Assembly: GCF_028641065.1 (NCBI RefSeq)
Contig: NC_073400.1
Coordinates: 32,054,001-32,118,000 of the forward strand
DNA from: Leucoraja erinacea
Taxonomy: Eukaryota
DNA: 64,000 nucleotides
Direction of reading: 5' to 3'
Positions 25,211-37,170 of the stretch are shown in pieces; position 1 is the stretch's first letter, and every line of letters begins with the position of its first letter. A program made the position numbers and the translations under genes. Below the pieces are notes generated by a model that had not been told where the DNA came from, searched no databases, and saw only the letters and a program-made list of their open reading frames with translations.

Positions 25211-27292
25211 CAGCACGACGGGAGTGTCGCAGAGCTGAGCGAAAGTGGAGGAAGGACAGGCTACAGGTTTCACTTCAAATTCTCAGGGACTGTTGGCGTC
25301 ACTACCAAAACAGTGTTAAAAAGGCCAAGAGAGAGTACCTGTCTAAAATTATTGTGTCAAAGTGTAACAACCCTCGTGTGCTATTTGAAATCATTGACTC
25401 TGTTCTAAATGCCCCGCAGCCTGTCTGTCTGGAAGCTTCACCTGAAATGTGTAATGACTTCCTGCACTTTTTTGTTGATAAGGTTGTTTCCTTAAGGGCT
25501 AACATTTCAGCACCTGCCTCTGACCCTTCTGTTTCGGTCCCTTGCCTGGTGGTATTCGACAAGTTTGAGCCTGTGACTATATCGTATTTAAAGGATGTGG
25601 TTTCCCATATTAAGCCATCGGGTTCTCCTTGTGATGCGGTCCCTCCACATCTTTTTAAGGAGGTCTTCCCTAGTGTAGGGCAGTCGGTTCTTACCAGTAG
25701 TAACAGCAGCTTGTGTTCTGGGGTTGTCCACGTGAGTTTTAAGCATGCGGTAGTGCTACCACTGCTTAAGAAACCTGGCCTGGATCAATCTGTGCTGGCC
25801 AATTTTAGACCCATCTCGAAATTGCCTTTTATTTCTAAATTGCTGGAGAGAGTTGTTTATGCTCAGCTAAAACTATTCCTGGAGGAGCATGATATTCGGG
25901 AGATCTTCCAGTCTGGATTTAAAACCATGCACAGCACGGAGTCAGCATTGCTAAGGGTTTTTAACGATATCCTCCTGGCTAATGATTCTGGGGATTGTGT
26001 GGTTCTTGTCCTGCTGGACTTGTCTGCCGCCTTTGATACGGTGGACCATAATATCTTATTATCTCGGCTACAGCAGTTAGTGGGCATCTGCGACAGTGCC
26101 CTGGGATGGTTCAGGTCCTATCTGGCGGGCAGAACCATGTGTGTTAGCCTTGCTGGGTTTGAATCCTCTTCCGCTCCCCTGTCATATGGGGTTCCACAGG
26201 GTTCGATTCTGGGGCCCCTGCTTTTCTCGCTGTACATACTTCCTCTGGGTTCCATCCTTAGAAAGCATGGCATCTCCTTCCACTGTTATGCAGATGATAC
26301 CCAACTAATATATGCCCGCTGAGGGGGGAAGATGCCTTTTCTGTAAAATCGCTTCTGTCTTGTTTTGATGACATTAAGTCCTGGTTGGCCCTAAACTTTC
26401 TTGGATTTAATGAAAAGAAGACAGAGGTGATTTTATTTGATCCCAATGGCTGCCGTGAACCTCCATTTGTTGATTTAGGTCCATTGTCAAGGTACGTGAA
26501 GCCAACAGTTGTGAACCTGGGGTTTAGGATGGACAGTGACTTTAAATTAGATCGCCAAATATGCGCGGTGGTTAAGTCCAGCTTCTTTCACCTAAGGAAG
26601 CTGGCGAAGGTGAAGCCCATTCTCGAGCGGCAGCATTTTGAAACAGTAATCCATGCCTTTATTACATCTAGGCTGGATTACTGTACGCTCTATTTTGGTG
26701 TTGCTCGTTCTTCCCTCGCTCGTCTCCAGTTGTTTCCGAATGCTGCTGCTCGCCTTTTGACAGGGACTCGGAAGCGGGAGCACATATCGCCAATTCTGGC
26801 CTCCCTACACTGGCTCCCGGTGCACTTTCGGGTTCATTTTAAGTTACTGTTATTTGTTTTTAAATCTCTGAATGGGCTCGCCCCGCCTTACCTCTCTGAG
26901 CTGCTCCACCCATACACTCCTGCCCGGTCCCTCAGGTCAGCTGGTCAGCTGCTCCTGGAGGTACCGAGGTCTAGTCGGAGGCTCAGAGGGGATAGAGCCT
27001 TCTCTGTTGCTGCTCCGGCACTCTGGAACACCCTGCCGCTGCACATCAGACAGGCCCCCTCACTGTCCATCTTCAAATCCAGTGTTAAAACGCATTTGTA
27101 CTCCCTGGCTTTTGACCATGCCTGAGGCTTTGCTTCTGTTTGTGGTGTTTTTGATGTTTCTTTATTTTACATGTCTTTTCCTACTATTTCTTTTGATTGT
27201 TATTTTTGGTGTGTATTAACTTTTTTGTCAATGATTAGTGATGTACAGCACTTTGTTGCAGCTATGTTTGTTTTTAAAGTGCATAAATAAAA
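25211..27292 (+). mobile_element. 5'-truncated L2-clade LINE (reverse transcriptase) with 15-bp TSD
   Basis: NFRPISKLPF, LDLSAAFDTVDH, GVPQGSILGP, YADD, LHWLPV, GDRAFS; TSD TGATGTCTTATGATT at 25196-25210 and 27293-27307; frameshift near 26310; AATAAA 27286. Confidence 0.95.
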
Positions 27293-27307
27293 TGATGTCT
27301 TATGATT

Positions 27308-27396
27308 ACACCGGTGGCTGGAACACTTTCACTGGACACCATAGTCCTTTGTTTGTTGGAAGCAAAGATCGTCTTGACTTTCTCTTCTATAATACA
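27308..27396 (+). CDS. Chitinase unit 1 exon 7, 3' half
   Basis: TGGWNTFTGHHSPLF..; halves sum to 124 bp, as in unit 2. Confidence 0.9.
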
Positions 27397-27518
27397 GTAT
27401 GTTTGCAAATTTTCATTGAGCCTATGCATGGCAGTAGCTTTATCACATTCTGTGACTTTTTGACCCACCTTTCCAATAGCTTCAAAATATGCTTAATTTT
27501 TCTTGAACTCATTTGCAG

Positions 27519-27701
27519 AATTATACTGTTCATTATTATCAAAGCAAAGGTGCACCCGGAAATAAGTTGCTAATTGGAATAGCAACTTATGGACGAAGCT
27601 TTAAACTTACTACTAGTGATACAAAGGTTGGTGCTACAGCATCCGGTGCTGGACCGGAAGGCACAATAACGAAAGCAGCAGGTATCCTGGCAAATTATGA
27701 G
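27519..27701 (+). CDS. Chitinase unit 1 exon 8
   Basis: [22 protein letters not shown]; 183 bp. Confidence 0.93.
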
Positions 27702-27775
27702 GTGATTAAACGTGTGCATTAGTAGAACCAGTTTCCATCGAATCAAATCGGTAATAGTAAGTTATTTATTTTAAA

Positions 27776-27950
27776 GATAGACACATAAAGCTGGAGTAAC
27801 TCAGTGAGTCAAACAGCATCTCTGGAGAATAGGAATAGATGACGTTTTTCGGGTCGAGACCCCACTTCAGACCCGAAACGTCACCTATTCATTTTCTCCA
27901 GAGATGCAGTCGGACTCGCTGAGTTACCCCAGCATTTTGTGTCTATCTTC
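27776..27950. repeat. Inverted repeat of Penelope-like termini (similar at ~7850-8040, 10150-10270, 50067-50225, 53655-53790)
   Basis: Two opposed copies of the PLE end. Confidence 0.7.
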
Positions 27951-29514
27951 GGTTGAAACCAGCATCAGCAGTTCCTTCCTGGTTCTGGATGTTGGGGGAG
28001 TCCAGTAACACGGGTCACAATTTAAAAAAAGGGGTAGGCCATTTCGGACTGAGATGAGGAAAAACATTTTCACCCAGTGTTGTGAATCTGTGGAATTCTC
28101 AGCCACAGGAGGCAGTGGAGGCCGATTCACTGCATGTTTTCAAGAAAGTTAGATTTAGCTCTTCGGGAATCAAGGGATTTGGGGAAAATGCAGGAATGGG
28201 GTACTGATTTTGGATGATCAGCCATGACCATATTGAATGGCGGTCGGTGCTGGCTCGAAGGGCCGAATGGCCTACTCCTGCATCTATATTTTCTGTTTAC
28301 TACACGTTATTTATTTTATCTGGGTTTAAGTGCATGGCCAATTTTGTGATGCATGCTACCGTTTCACATTTTTCACTGACTTATGAGTGACCTCAACCCG
28401 AGTGAGACCTTTTGACTAATTTGTTTTACCGAACGCTTCCCCTTCTAAATCGCAAAATCGCTTGTCACGAACTCTCGTCTCCCATCACCATTCAAAATCC
28501 TGTAATCTCTAACTGTGATAGATAATTGTAGCACCCTATAGACCTCATTATTGCCACTGATTCCTGGCAGCCAAACCTCGCACCAAACCCCCACCTCACA
28601 TGCCCAATTCACAATCCTGTTTTCCCAGCTCACTGCCCGTCTGGCATTTCTACCCCTGTTCCCAGGGTCCAGCCATTCAAGACCAGGAATAGCTGTTAGA
28701 TTATGTGCGATCAACATTGGAGGAGTACACAATAGAAAGGATATGGTACACTCCTAAAAAAAACATAAAGTAAATCCACAACCACTGGTCAGCATGGGGC
28801 TGCTGGGCCAAGTTGCCCGTTTCCATGCTGTGTGATTCAAATGAATTTTGATAAACATCTTTGGATCATGCCCAGCCACAGGTGAGGTCCCGGAAGACTA
28901 AAGAGTTGCTGGTGTTGTTCCTTTGTCGAAGAAGGGCAGTGGATATAATCCAGGAAATTATATGCTGGTAAGCCTCATGCCGGGGGCAAGAAGCTGTTGG
29001 GGAGGATTATTTAGGATAGGATTTGCTTGTATTTGGAAGAGAATGGAATTATTAGGGACAGTTGACATTTTATAAACCTCTATAACATCACTTCTCAGCC
29101 TCCTATGCTCCAGGAAAATAGACAGTGTGTCCAGCCTCCCTTTATAACTCAAACCCTCCAGATTTGGTAATACCCTTGTAAGTCTTTTTTAGTAGCTTTT
29201 CCATTTCAGTAACATCCTTCCTATATCAGGGTGACCAATACTGTAATGACCTGAAGTTTAACCAAAGAAACAAGAAAAGCATTAATAAATTTACAGTATA
29301 GGAGAACTGAATTAGGTGAATATGTCCTCCGACAAAAATACCTCTGCAGCCTGGCTGGTCTTCATATTGTTGACTATTTGTGGTCCTCATGTCCCACATG
29401 TAACATTACCAGAAAAATATAATGCCAATCACCTCTTCAATTAATAAAACGGCACATTCCATATTAATGTCTTGACAAAATATGCCAACAATGCATCATT
29501 TTTCTCCTCAACAG

Positions 29515-29631
29515 GTATGCGACTTTTTGAATGGAGCAGAAAAACATTTGATTGCAGATCAGAAGGTTCCGTATGCAGTCAAAGGAGATGTATGGTTGGG
29601 CTATATTGACAAAGACAGTATTATTGCCAAA
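29515..29631 (+). CDS. Chitinase unit 1 exon 9
   Basis: [23 protein letters not shown]; 117 bp. Confidence 0.93.
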
Positions 29632-30340
29632 GTAAATCATTTATTATGAAACTATTTAAATTATATATTTGTATTAATTATAGAAAATATCTTTAATTTG
29701 TTGATGATTCAGGTATTCACTGATTTTGAAAATACTTTGAATACTACTGACAAGATGTTAGTTTCCTGCGTAGGCAAGTGACAAATGCGTTGCCTGGTGT
29801 AGGCAAAGATGATCCAGAGCAGAGAGTCTAAAATTGAATTCCTGTGTGTTGTAACTTCTTGTAAGGCAGCCCTCAGGATCAAGGCCAACCTGCATACTCT
29901 GTCTCTGACTGGTGAGGCCCCTGGGAATCACAGGCTCTTCTTCAGATGGGGCAGTAGGAGCCTGATTGGGTGTGTGGGTACTTTATAGCAACATACAAAC
30001 GGAAACAGGCCCTTTGTCCCAACTCATCCATGTCAACTGAGATGCCCCATCTAATATAGTCCCATTTTCCCACAGTTGGGCCATATTTCTGTAATTATTT
30101 CCTACCAGTCCAATTATCTTTTAAAATTGGTTTAGTACCTGCCTCACTGACCTCTGGCAGCTTGTTCAATATACCTACCAGCCTCTAAGTGAAAAATTTG
30201 CCCCTCTGGTTCCAATTAAAGCGTTCCAAGGAATAAAGTCCCAGCTTGCCCAATCTGGCCTGGTAGCTCAGGCCCTTGAGTCCTGGCAACATCCTCATAA
30301 ATGTTCTCTGCACTGTTTCCAGCTTAGTGATATCCTTAGT

Positions 30341-31674
30341 GAAGAGTAAGGTGACGTGCCTCAATGACTATCGACCATTGGCACTAACGCCGGTGGTGAA
30401 GAAGTGCTTTGAGAGGTTGATCATGGAGCAAATCAACTCCTACCTCGACAAAAACTTGGACCCACTGCAGTTCGCTGACTGCCACAACAGATCAACGGTG
30501 GATGCGATCTCGCTGGCCCTCCACTCGGCTCTGGACCACTTGGACAACAACTCATATGTCAGGCTGTTATTCATCGATTACAGCTCGGCAGAAATGGGTC
30601 TCTGCGCATCCCTCTGCAATTGGATCCTCAACTTCCTCATTCAAAGACCACAGTCTGTTCGTATTGGTGGAAATGTGTCAGCCTCGATAACAATCAGCAC
30701 GAGAGCACCTCAAGGCTGCGTGCTCAACCCCCTGCTGTACTCCCTCTATACTCATGACTGCGTATCCGGTCACAGTGCAAACTCCATCATCAAGTTCGCT
30801 GACGACACCACTGTTGTGGGACGTATCACTGATGGGGACGAGTCATAGTATAGAAGAGAGATCGAGCAACTGTCCATATGGTAACCTGGCCCTCAACACC
30901 AGCAAAACCAAGGAACTGATTGTGGACTTTGGAAGGAGTAGGATGGGGACCCACAGCCCCGTTTATATCAACGGGTCGATGGTTGAAAGGGTCAAGAGCT
31001 TCAAATTCCTGGGCGTGCACATCTCTGAAGATCTTTCCTGGTCCGAGAACACTTAATACAATCATCAAGAAAGCTCATCAGCGCCTCTACTTCCTGAGAA
31101 GATTACGGAGAGTCGGATTGTCAAGGAAGACTCTCTCTAACTTCTACAGGTGCACGGTAGAGAGCATGCTGACCGGTTGCACCATGGCTTGGTACGGCAA
31201 CTTGAGCGCCCTGGAGAGGAAAAGACTACAAAAAGTAGTAAACACTGCCCAGTCCATCATCGGCTCTGACCTTCCTTCCATCGAGGGGATTTATCGCAGT
31301 CGCTGCCTCAAAAAGGCTGGCAATATCATCAAAGACCCACACCATCCTGGCCACACACTCATCTCCCTGCTACCTTCAGGTAGAAGGTACAGGAACCTGA
31401 AGACTGCAACAACCAGGTTGAGGAATTGCTACTTCCCCACAGCCATCAGGCTATTAAACCTGGCTCGGACAAAACTTTGATTATTAATAACCAATTATCT
31501 GTCATTTGCACTTTATCGTTTTATTTATTCATGTGTGTATATATTTATATTATAGTATATGGACACATTGATCTGTTTTGTAGTCAATGCCTACTATGTT
31601 CTGTTGTGCTGAAGCAAAGCAAGAATTTAATTGTCCTATCAGGGACACATGACAATAAACTAACTTGAACTTGA
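30341..31674 (+). mobile_element. Rex1/Babar LINE, decayed RT and 3' end
   Basis: [35 protein letters not shown]; tail AACTTG repeats. Confidence 0.9.
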
Positions 31675-32478
31675 GCTTCCTGTAACTAGGTGAGCAAAAC
31701 TGAGAAAAATACTCCAAATGAGGCCTCATCAATGTCTTGTACAACTTAAATATCCTGCAGTTCACTCACCAAACAAAGATGGGGGTTGAGGACGCCATCA
31801 TCCACCTGCTCCATCGTTCCAATGCTCACCTGGATAAGCCGGGAAGCATTGTGAGAGTCATGTTTTTTTACTTCTCCAGTGATTTTAACACCATCCGGCA
31901 TAGGGAGCCCATAATTAAAGATACAGTTTACAGATACTGCGTGGTAACAAACCCTTCAGCCCACCGAGTACACATCAACCATCAATCACTCGTTCACACT
32001 AGTTCCATGTTATCCCACTTTCGCATCCTACATATTTGGGGGCAATTTACAGAAGCCAATTAACCTACAAACCTGCACAACTTTTTAATGTGGGAGAAAA
32101 CCGGAGAATCCAGAGAAATCCCAAGGGGTCATAGGGAGAATGTACAAACTCCGCAGAGACAGTACTCGAAGTCTGGATAGAACCTGGGTTGCCTCCAGGA
32201 ATGCTTCTCATTGATCTCCTGTTAAATAAATTGTAGTTCTGCACTGTGAGTTCTGCAGACCATGAGGATTTTTATATTTACCAGAACCATGAGATCGAAT
32301 ATTTTCAGAGCCACAGATCTAACTAATTGAATACCAATTACCTCCGTCTTCTCCCGCATCCCTTGTTGTGTTTGGAAGTATCCATTCAAAATATAAACCA
32401 AATTTGGCAACATAATTAAACTTGTTGTGGAGTACCAATCTGGTTCTAAAAAATCTAACACTTAGTTTACTTTTGTAG

Positions 32479-32614
32479 ATTAAATGGTTGAAGGAGAAAA
32501 AGTTTGGAGGAGCTTTTGTGTGGACACTTGATTTTGATGATGCAAATAACCATTGTAAACAAGGAGTACATCCTCTAGTGCAGACGGTGAGAAACGAACT
32601 TGTAGGGGTTTCAG
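32479..32614 (+). CDS. Chitinase unit 1 exon 10
   Basis: IKWLKEKKFGGAFVWTLDFDD..C..HPLV; 136 bp, phase-1 donor. Confidence 0.93.
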
Positions 32615-33214
32615 GTAGGTATATCATTTTTGTACCTGAGCTATTTACAATGATGTACATATGTAGAAAGATAGTCGTTTTTGACTTACTAGACCTGATG
32701 TTCACAACAATATCCAAACTCAATATCTCGTGGCAATATCCAAACATACTCTGGCACCATCTCCCAACTCTTCCTCCACTACATCAATGACCACGTTGGG
32801 ATGCTTCCTGCACCCGTACAGAGCTCTTTGACTTACCACTAACTACCACCCTGCCCTCAAAATCAATTGGACAATCCCTGCCACCTCTTTCTCTTTTCTT
32901 GATCTCACTGTTTCCATCACAGAGGATTCAAGATTCAAGGACTGTTTGCCCTCCTCCCATCAGGGAGGCGGTACAGGAGCCTCAGGTCTCGTACCAGTAG
33001 AATGAGGAACAGCTTCTACAATAATACCATCACATTGCTGAACTCGGAGTCCTGCCGATAGAACTCGGAGTCCTGTCTCTCCGTCCACATTGTTTGATTA
33101 TTCTGTATTTTTATTTCTATATTGCACTATACTACGGTCTGACGCTAAACTGCATTTTGTTGTACCCATACTTGTATTTGTGCAATGACATTAAAGTTGA
33201 ATTGAATTGAATTG

Positions 33215-33785
33215 AAGAGAGTTTATTGTCATGTGTCCCAGATAGGACAATGAAATTCATGCTTTGCTTCAGCACAACAGAATATAGAAGGCATGAATAC
33301 AGAACAGATCAGTGTGTCCATATACCATTGTATAAATGTATACACACATGAATAAATAAAACAGATAAAGTGCAAATAAACAGATAATGGGCTATTAATT
33401 TTCAGAGTTTTGTTTGAGTTGAGTTCAATAGCCTGATGGCTGTGGGGAAGAAGCTGTTTCTGAACCTGGACATTGCAGTTTTCAGGCTCCTGTACCTTCT
33501 ACCTGAAGGTAGCGGGGAGATGAATGTGTATGGCCAGGATTATGTGGGTCCTTGATGATGCTGCCAGCCTTTTTGAGGCAGCGACTGGTAGATCCCCACG
33601 ATGGTAGGGAGGTCAGAGCCGATGGTGGACTGGGCAGTGTTTACTACTTTTTGTAGTCTTTTTCGCTCCTGGGCACTCAAGTTGCTGAACCAAGCCACGA
33701 TGCAACCGGTCAGCATGCTCTCTACTGTGCACCTGTAGAAGTTAGAGAGAGTCCTCCTTGACATACCGACTCTCCGTAATCTTCT
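33215..33785 (-). mobile_element. Rex1-type LINE 3' fragment
   Basis: Reverse copy of the family at 31100-31660. Confidence 0.85.
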
Positions 33786-34532
33786 AGATTAGATAGATTA
33801 TCGACTGATGTTTACTACAAACCTACTGACTGCTACAGTTACACCTCCTCCCACCCTGTCTGATGGAATGATGTTGTCCCCATCTCCCAATTTCGCTGTC
33901 TCCGTCGCATCTAGATGACGAGGGTGGCTGATTCTATCTAAAAAAGGGCTACAGGAAATTCCTGGAAACTTTTGATCAGTGAAGGTAACATCTGTGGTAG
34001 ATAAATTACTGAAGAGGATTCTGATGGATAAGATATATCTGCATGTACATAAACAGACCGATAGTCAGTATGGTATTGTATATGGGAGAACGTGCCTTAT
34101 GAAATTTGAGCTTTTTGAAGAGATAAGCAAAAAGGTTGATGAAGGCATGGCTGTAGCCATTGTCTAGATGGACTTAAGCAAGGCCTCAGATAAGTGCATG
34201 ATGAGGGAATAGCGTTTAGCACAAGGTAAAGCCAGCAAGGTCTGATCAAGGATAGTCCAAGGGTCGCTAATGAGGTAGAATGTTGGAAGAAATCTGAGCA
34301 CCCGGAGAAAACTCGTGCAGTCACAGAGAGACCATGCAAATTCCATACAGACAGCACATAGTCTAACGCGGGTCTCTGGTCTGTAAGGCAGCCATTGTGC
34401 GCCTCTGATTTGCAGTTAGAATAATCAGATTATTTTTTGAAGAAAAATAATGTTTGGAGTAAGAAAACCTGATTTTGCTGAATAAAAATTATTGTTGTTT
34501 GTAGTCAAAATAATCTATTTGTTTGTGCTGAG

Positions 34533-34696
34533 CTGGCAAACAACAAGAGAGGAATCCTACAGCAAATCCTACCATGAATCTTGAGCTGGAAAACATGTCT
34601 GTTGGGGATTTCATTGAAAGTGCATATATTACTCATTGGACTGTTGGCGAACAAAATCTCAAACATAATGCTGTAGAGATAAATCAGAAAAAGTGA
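34533..34696 (+). CDS. Chitinase unit 1 terminal exon (weak GAG acceptor, frameshifted relative to unit 2)
   Basis: Paralogous to 49643-49790; ATTAAA at 34737. Confidence 0.55.
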
Positions 34697-34879
34697 CATA
34701 CCCTAGCTAAAATGTGGTATAAACCATAAAATAACAATTAAAAATACTGAATACTACTTTGTTAGGTGTGGAGGACTGATGAAAATTAGGTGAATGCAAA
34801 ACACGCCCAATATGAATAATTTCACAGCCTTAACCCTGAAAATTAACCTGAGAAATAGAAATCTACAAACCAAACTATT

Positions 34880-35160
34880 TAATCAAACGGTGGTTTGTAT
34901 TGTACTATTGTAATCCAATTGTGCCGCTATTTCATCTTTTATGATTGACTTCAGCATCTTCCCCACTGATGTCAGGCTAACTGGTCTATAATTCCCTGTT
35001 TTCTCTCTCTCGCTTTTCTTAAAAAGTGGGACAACATTAGCTACCCTCCAATCCACAAGAACTAATCCTGAATCTATAGAACATTGAAAAATGATCACCA
35101 ATGCGTCCACGATTTCTAGAGCCACTTCTTTAAGTACCCTGGGATGCCGACCATCAGGTC
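34880..35160 (-). mobile_element. CR1 RT fragment
   Basis: GPDGRHPRVLKEVA..GNYRPVSLTS. Confidence 0.8.
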
Positions 35161-35904
35161 CTCTCTGCTCTCTCCGCACTCGCACTCTGCTCACTCCACT
35201 CTTTCAGCTTTATTCTCCTCGCCGCCAGTGATTGACATCGGGTGCCGGAAGGGGCGGCTTTTACGATTTTTAAATCTTCAGAACTTTTGTAATATTCCAC
35301 CGATCTGAATAAAACTTGGCGCATTTGCAGCACAGGAGAACGGTGAGTAAGGTGGCGAAAAGGCTATTGCGCACCGTTTTTGCACAAATGTAAAGACAAT
35401 GCAAATCGGAAGAGGACAAGATGAGAGTTTTAGTTAAGTATAGATTGATTCAACTTGCAACCTATATCCAGGCTACTGTTTGGGGGCCTGTAGACAAGTC
35501 CCATTAGGGTCCTTTTACTCTTGCAATTGTAGATTAAACATGTAAACAAGATGTTGTACATCTTGGTCTGCATGGGCTTGTTTCCGTGCTGTACGAGTCG
35601 ATTACAAACCAAAGTCAAAGTATGCATTCAAATAAATATCTACAGGGTTTTTCAATTGGTAATTTCAATGTTTTATTACATTTATTGATGCTGCATTTTT
35701 AAAACAAACTTTGGGTAATATTATAGTGTGCCTTTAAGGAAATTTTCTCCGTTTTACTTAACTTGTACTTTATAGTGTAGTATGTTATTTAAAAATATTC
35801 TGTTCAATTACACTATTCAAATCAATTTAATATGATTATCCTTGTTGTACTCACACATTGCTTAATATGTGTGGTAGCAGGTTGGACATAATTGTCGGTT
35901 TCAT

Positions 35905-36699
35905 ATAACCTGGAGCTCAATGCTCTTAAGACAGTGGAATTGACAGTAGACTTTAGGAGAGCTCCCCCTCCCCTCCCCTTCCCCTACTTACCATCAATGA
36001 CACCACAGTCATATCTGTGGAGTCTTAAGTTCAAAAACGCCCAACAGAGGATGTACTTCCTGCGGCAGCTGAGAAAACACTATCTACCACAGGCAATGAT
36101 GGTCCAATTCTATACTGCCATCATAGAGTCTGTCATCACCTTCTCCATCATGGTCTAGTTTGGCTCAGCCACCAAGCACGACACCTGGAGGCTGTAGCGA
36201 ATCGTTCGATCACCTTCCCCCCAATGATGAACTGTGTGCTGCAAGGGCCAGGAAGCGAGTGGGTAAGATCATCTCTGACCCCTCTCACCCTGGCCACAAA
36301 CTCTTTGAAGCAGTTCCCTCTGGAAGGCGAAGTTCCCTCTGGAAGGCGAAGGAAGTTCCCTCCGGACTGTCAAAGCCGCCACAGCCAAACATAAAAACAG
36401 CTTTTTTTCCATGAGTAGTAGCTCTACTCAATCACCCAGTCTGTAGCCTCATTTTGCTGTGGAATTTTATTTCATTCACATGTTTAAACTATAATGTTTA
36501 ATCTTAATGTTTTATTCTTAATTGTTTAAAGTATGTCGTGTTGTTACTTGCGAGCGAAGCACCAAGGCAAATTCCTTGTAGGTGTAAACACTTGGCCAAT
36601 AAACGCATTCATCCATTCATTCATCCATTCATTCATCCATTCATTCATCCATTCATTCATTCATTCAATCATTCATCAATCATTCATTCAATCATTCAT
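35905..36699 (+). mobile_element. Rex1-type LINE fragment with (CATT)n tail
   Basis: AQQRMYFLRQLRK; TTCATATAA at both ends; empty paralogous site ~52855. Confidence 0.8.
36606..36699 (+). repeat. (CATT/CATC)n microsatellite
   Basis: Directly visible. Confidence 0.9.
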
Positions 36700-36965
36700 A
36701 TAAAGAGCAATAGCTTATGAAAAATAGGAATATACAGCACAGACCGCCTCTTGGGCCCAGATCATCTAAATTGTTTTATTTCCATCATAAAACAAATTTA
36801 GTGGCAATGTTGTACAGAAGTTTTAACTTCAGGGAGAGTTTAAATTGTTAATAAATAGAGAACATATACTTGGCTTGAATACTGGTATTGATTTTGCTGT
36901 CAACTGCATAAATATTATACTGAAGAATTTGCTTTAATATTTATTTTGAAATATTTCAATTTCAG

Positions 36966-37170
36966 GCAGTAATTTCAAACTTGGCTGTTATTTTACAAAC
37001 TGGGCACAGTATAGAACTGGGATTGGTCATTACATGCCTGAGAACATTGATCCTTTTCTGTGCACCCATCTGATATATGCTTTTGCCAAAATCGGTACAG
37101 ATCTCAAAATTGCTACTTTCGAATGGAATGATGAAACTCTTTACAAGACATTTAATGATATTAAACTGAG
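36966..37170 (+). CDS. Chitinase unit 2 exon 3
   Basis: [21 protein letters not shown]; 205 bp. Confidence 0.95.

Larger units (their letters stand above)
12422..34696 (+). pseudogene. CHIA-like: GH18 chitinase unit 1, exon 7 interrupted by L2 and last exon frameshifted (disrupted in this haplotype)
   Basis: Exons 12422-12437, 13482-13511, 13851-14055, 16800-16856, 17711-17876, 21860-21984, 25176-25210+27308-27396, 27519-27701, 29515-29631, 32479-32614, 34533-34696; [68 protein letters not shown]. Confidence 0.88.

Noticed and set aside
37034-37170. Internal ATG as independent start of unit 2
   Set aside because: Would lack signal peptide, first barrel strand, a disulfide Cys and the W31 equivalent; no promoter evidence.
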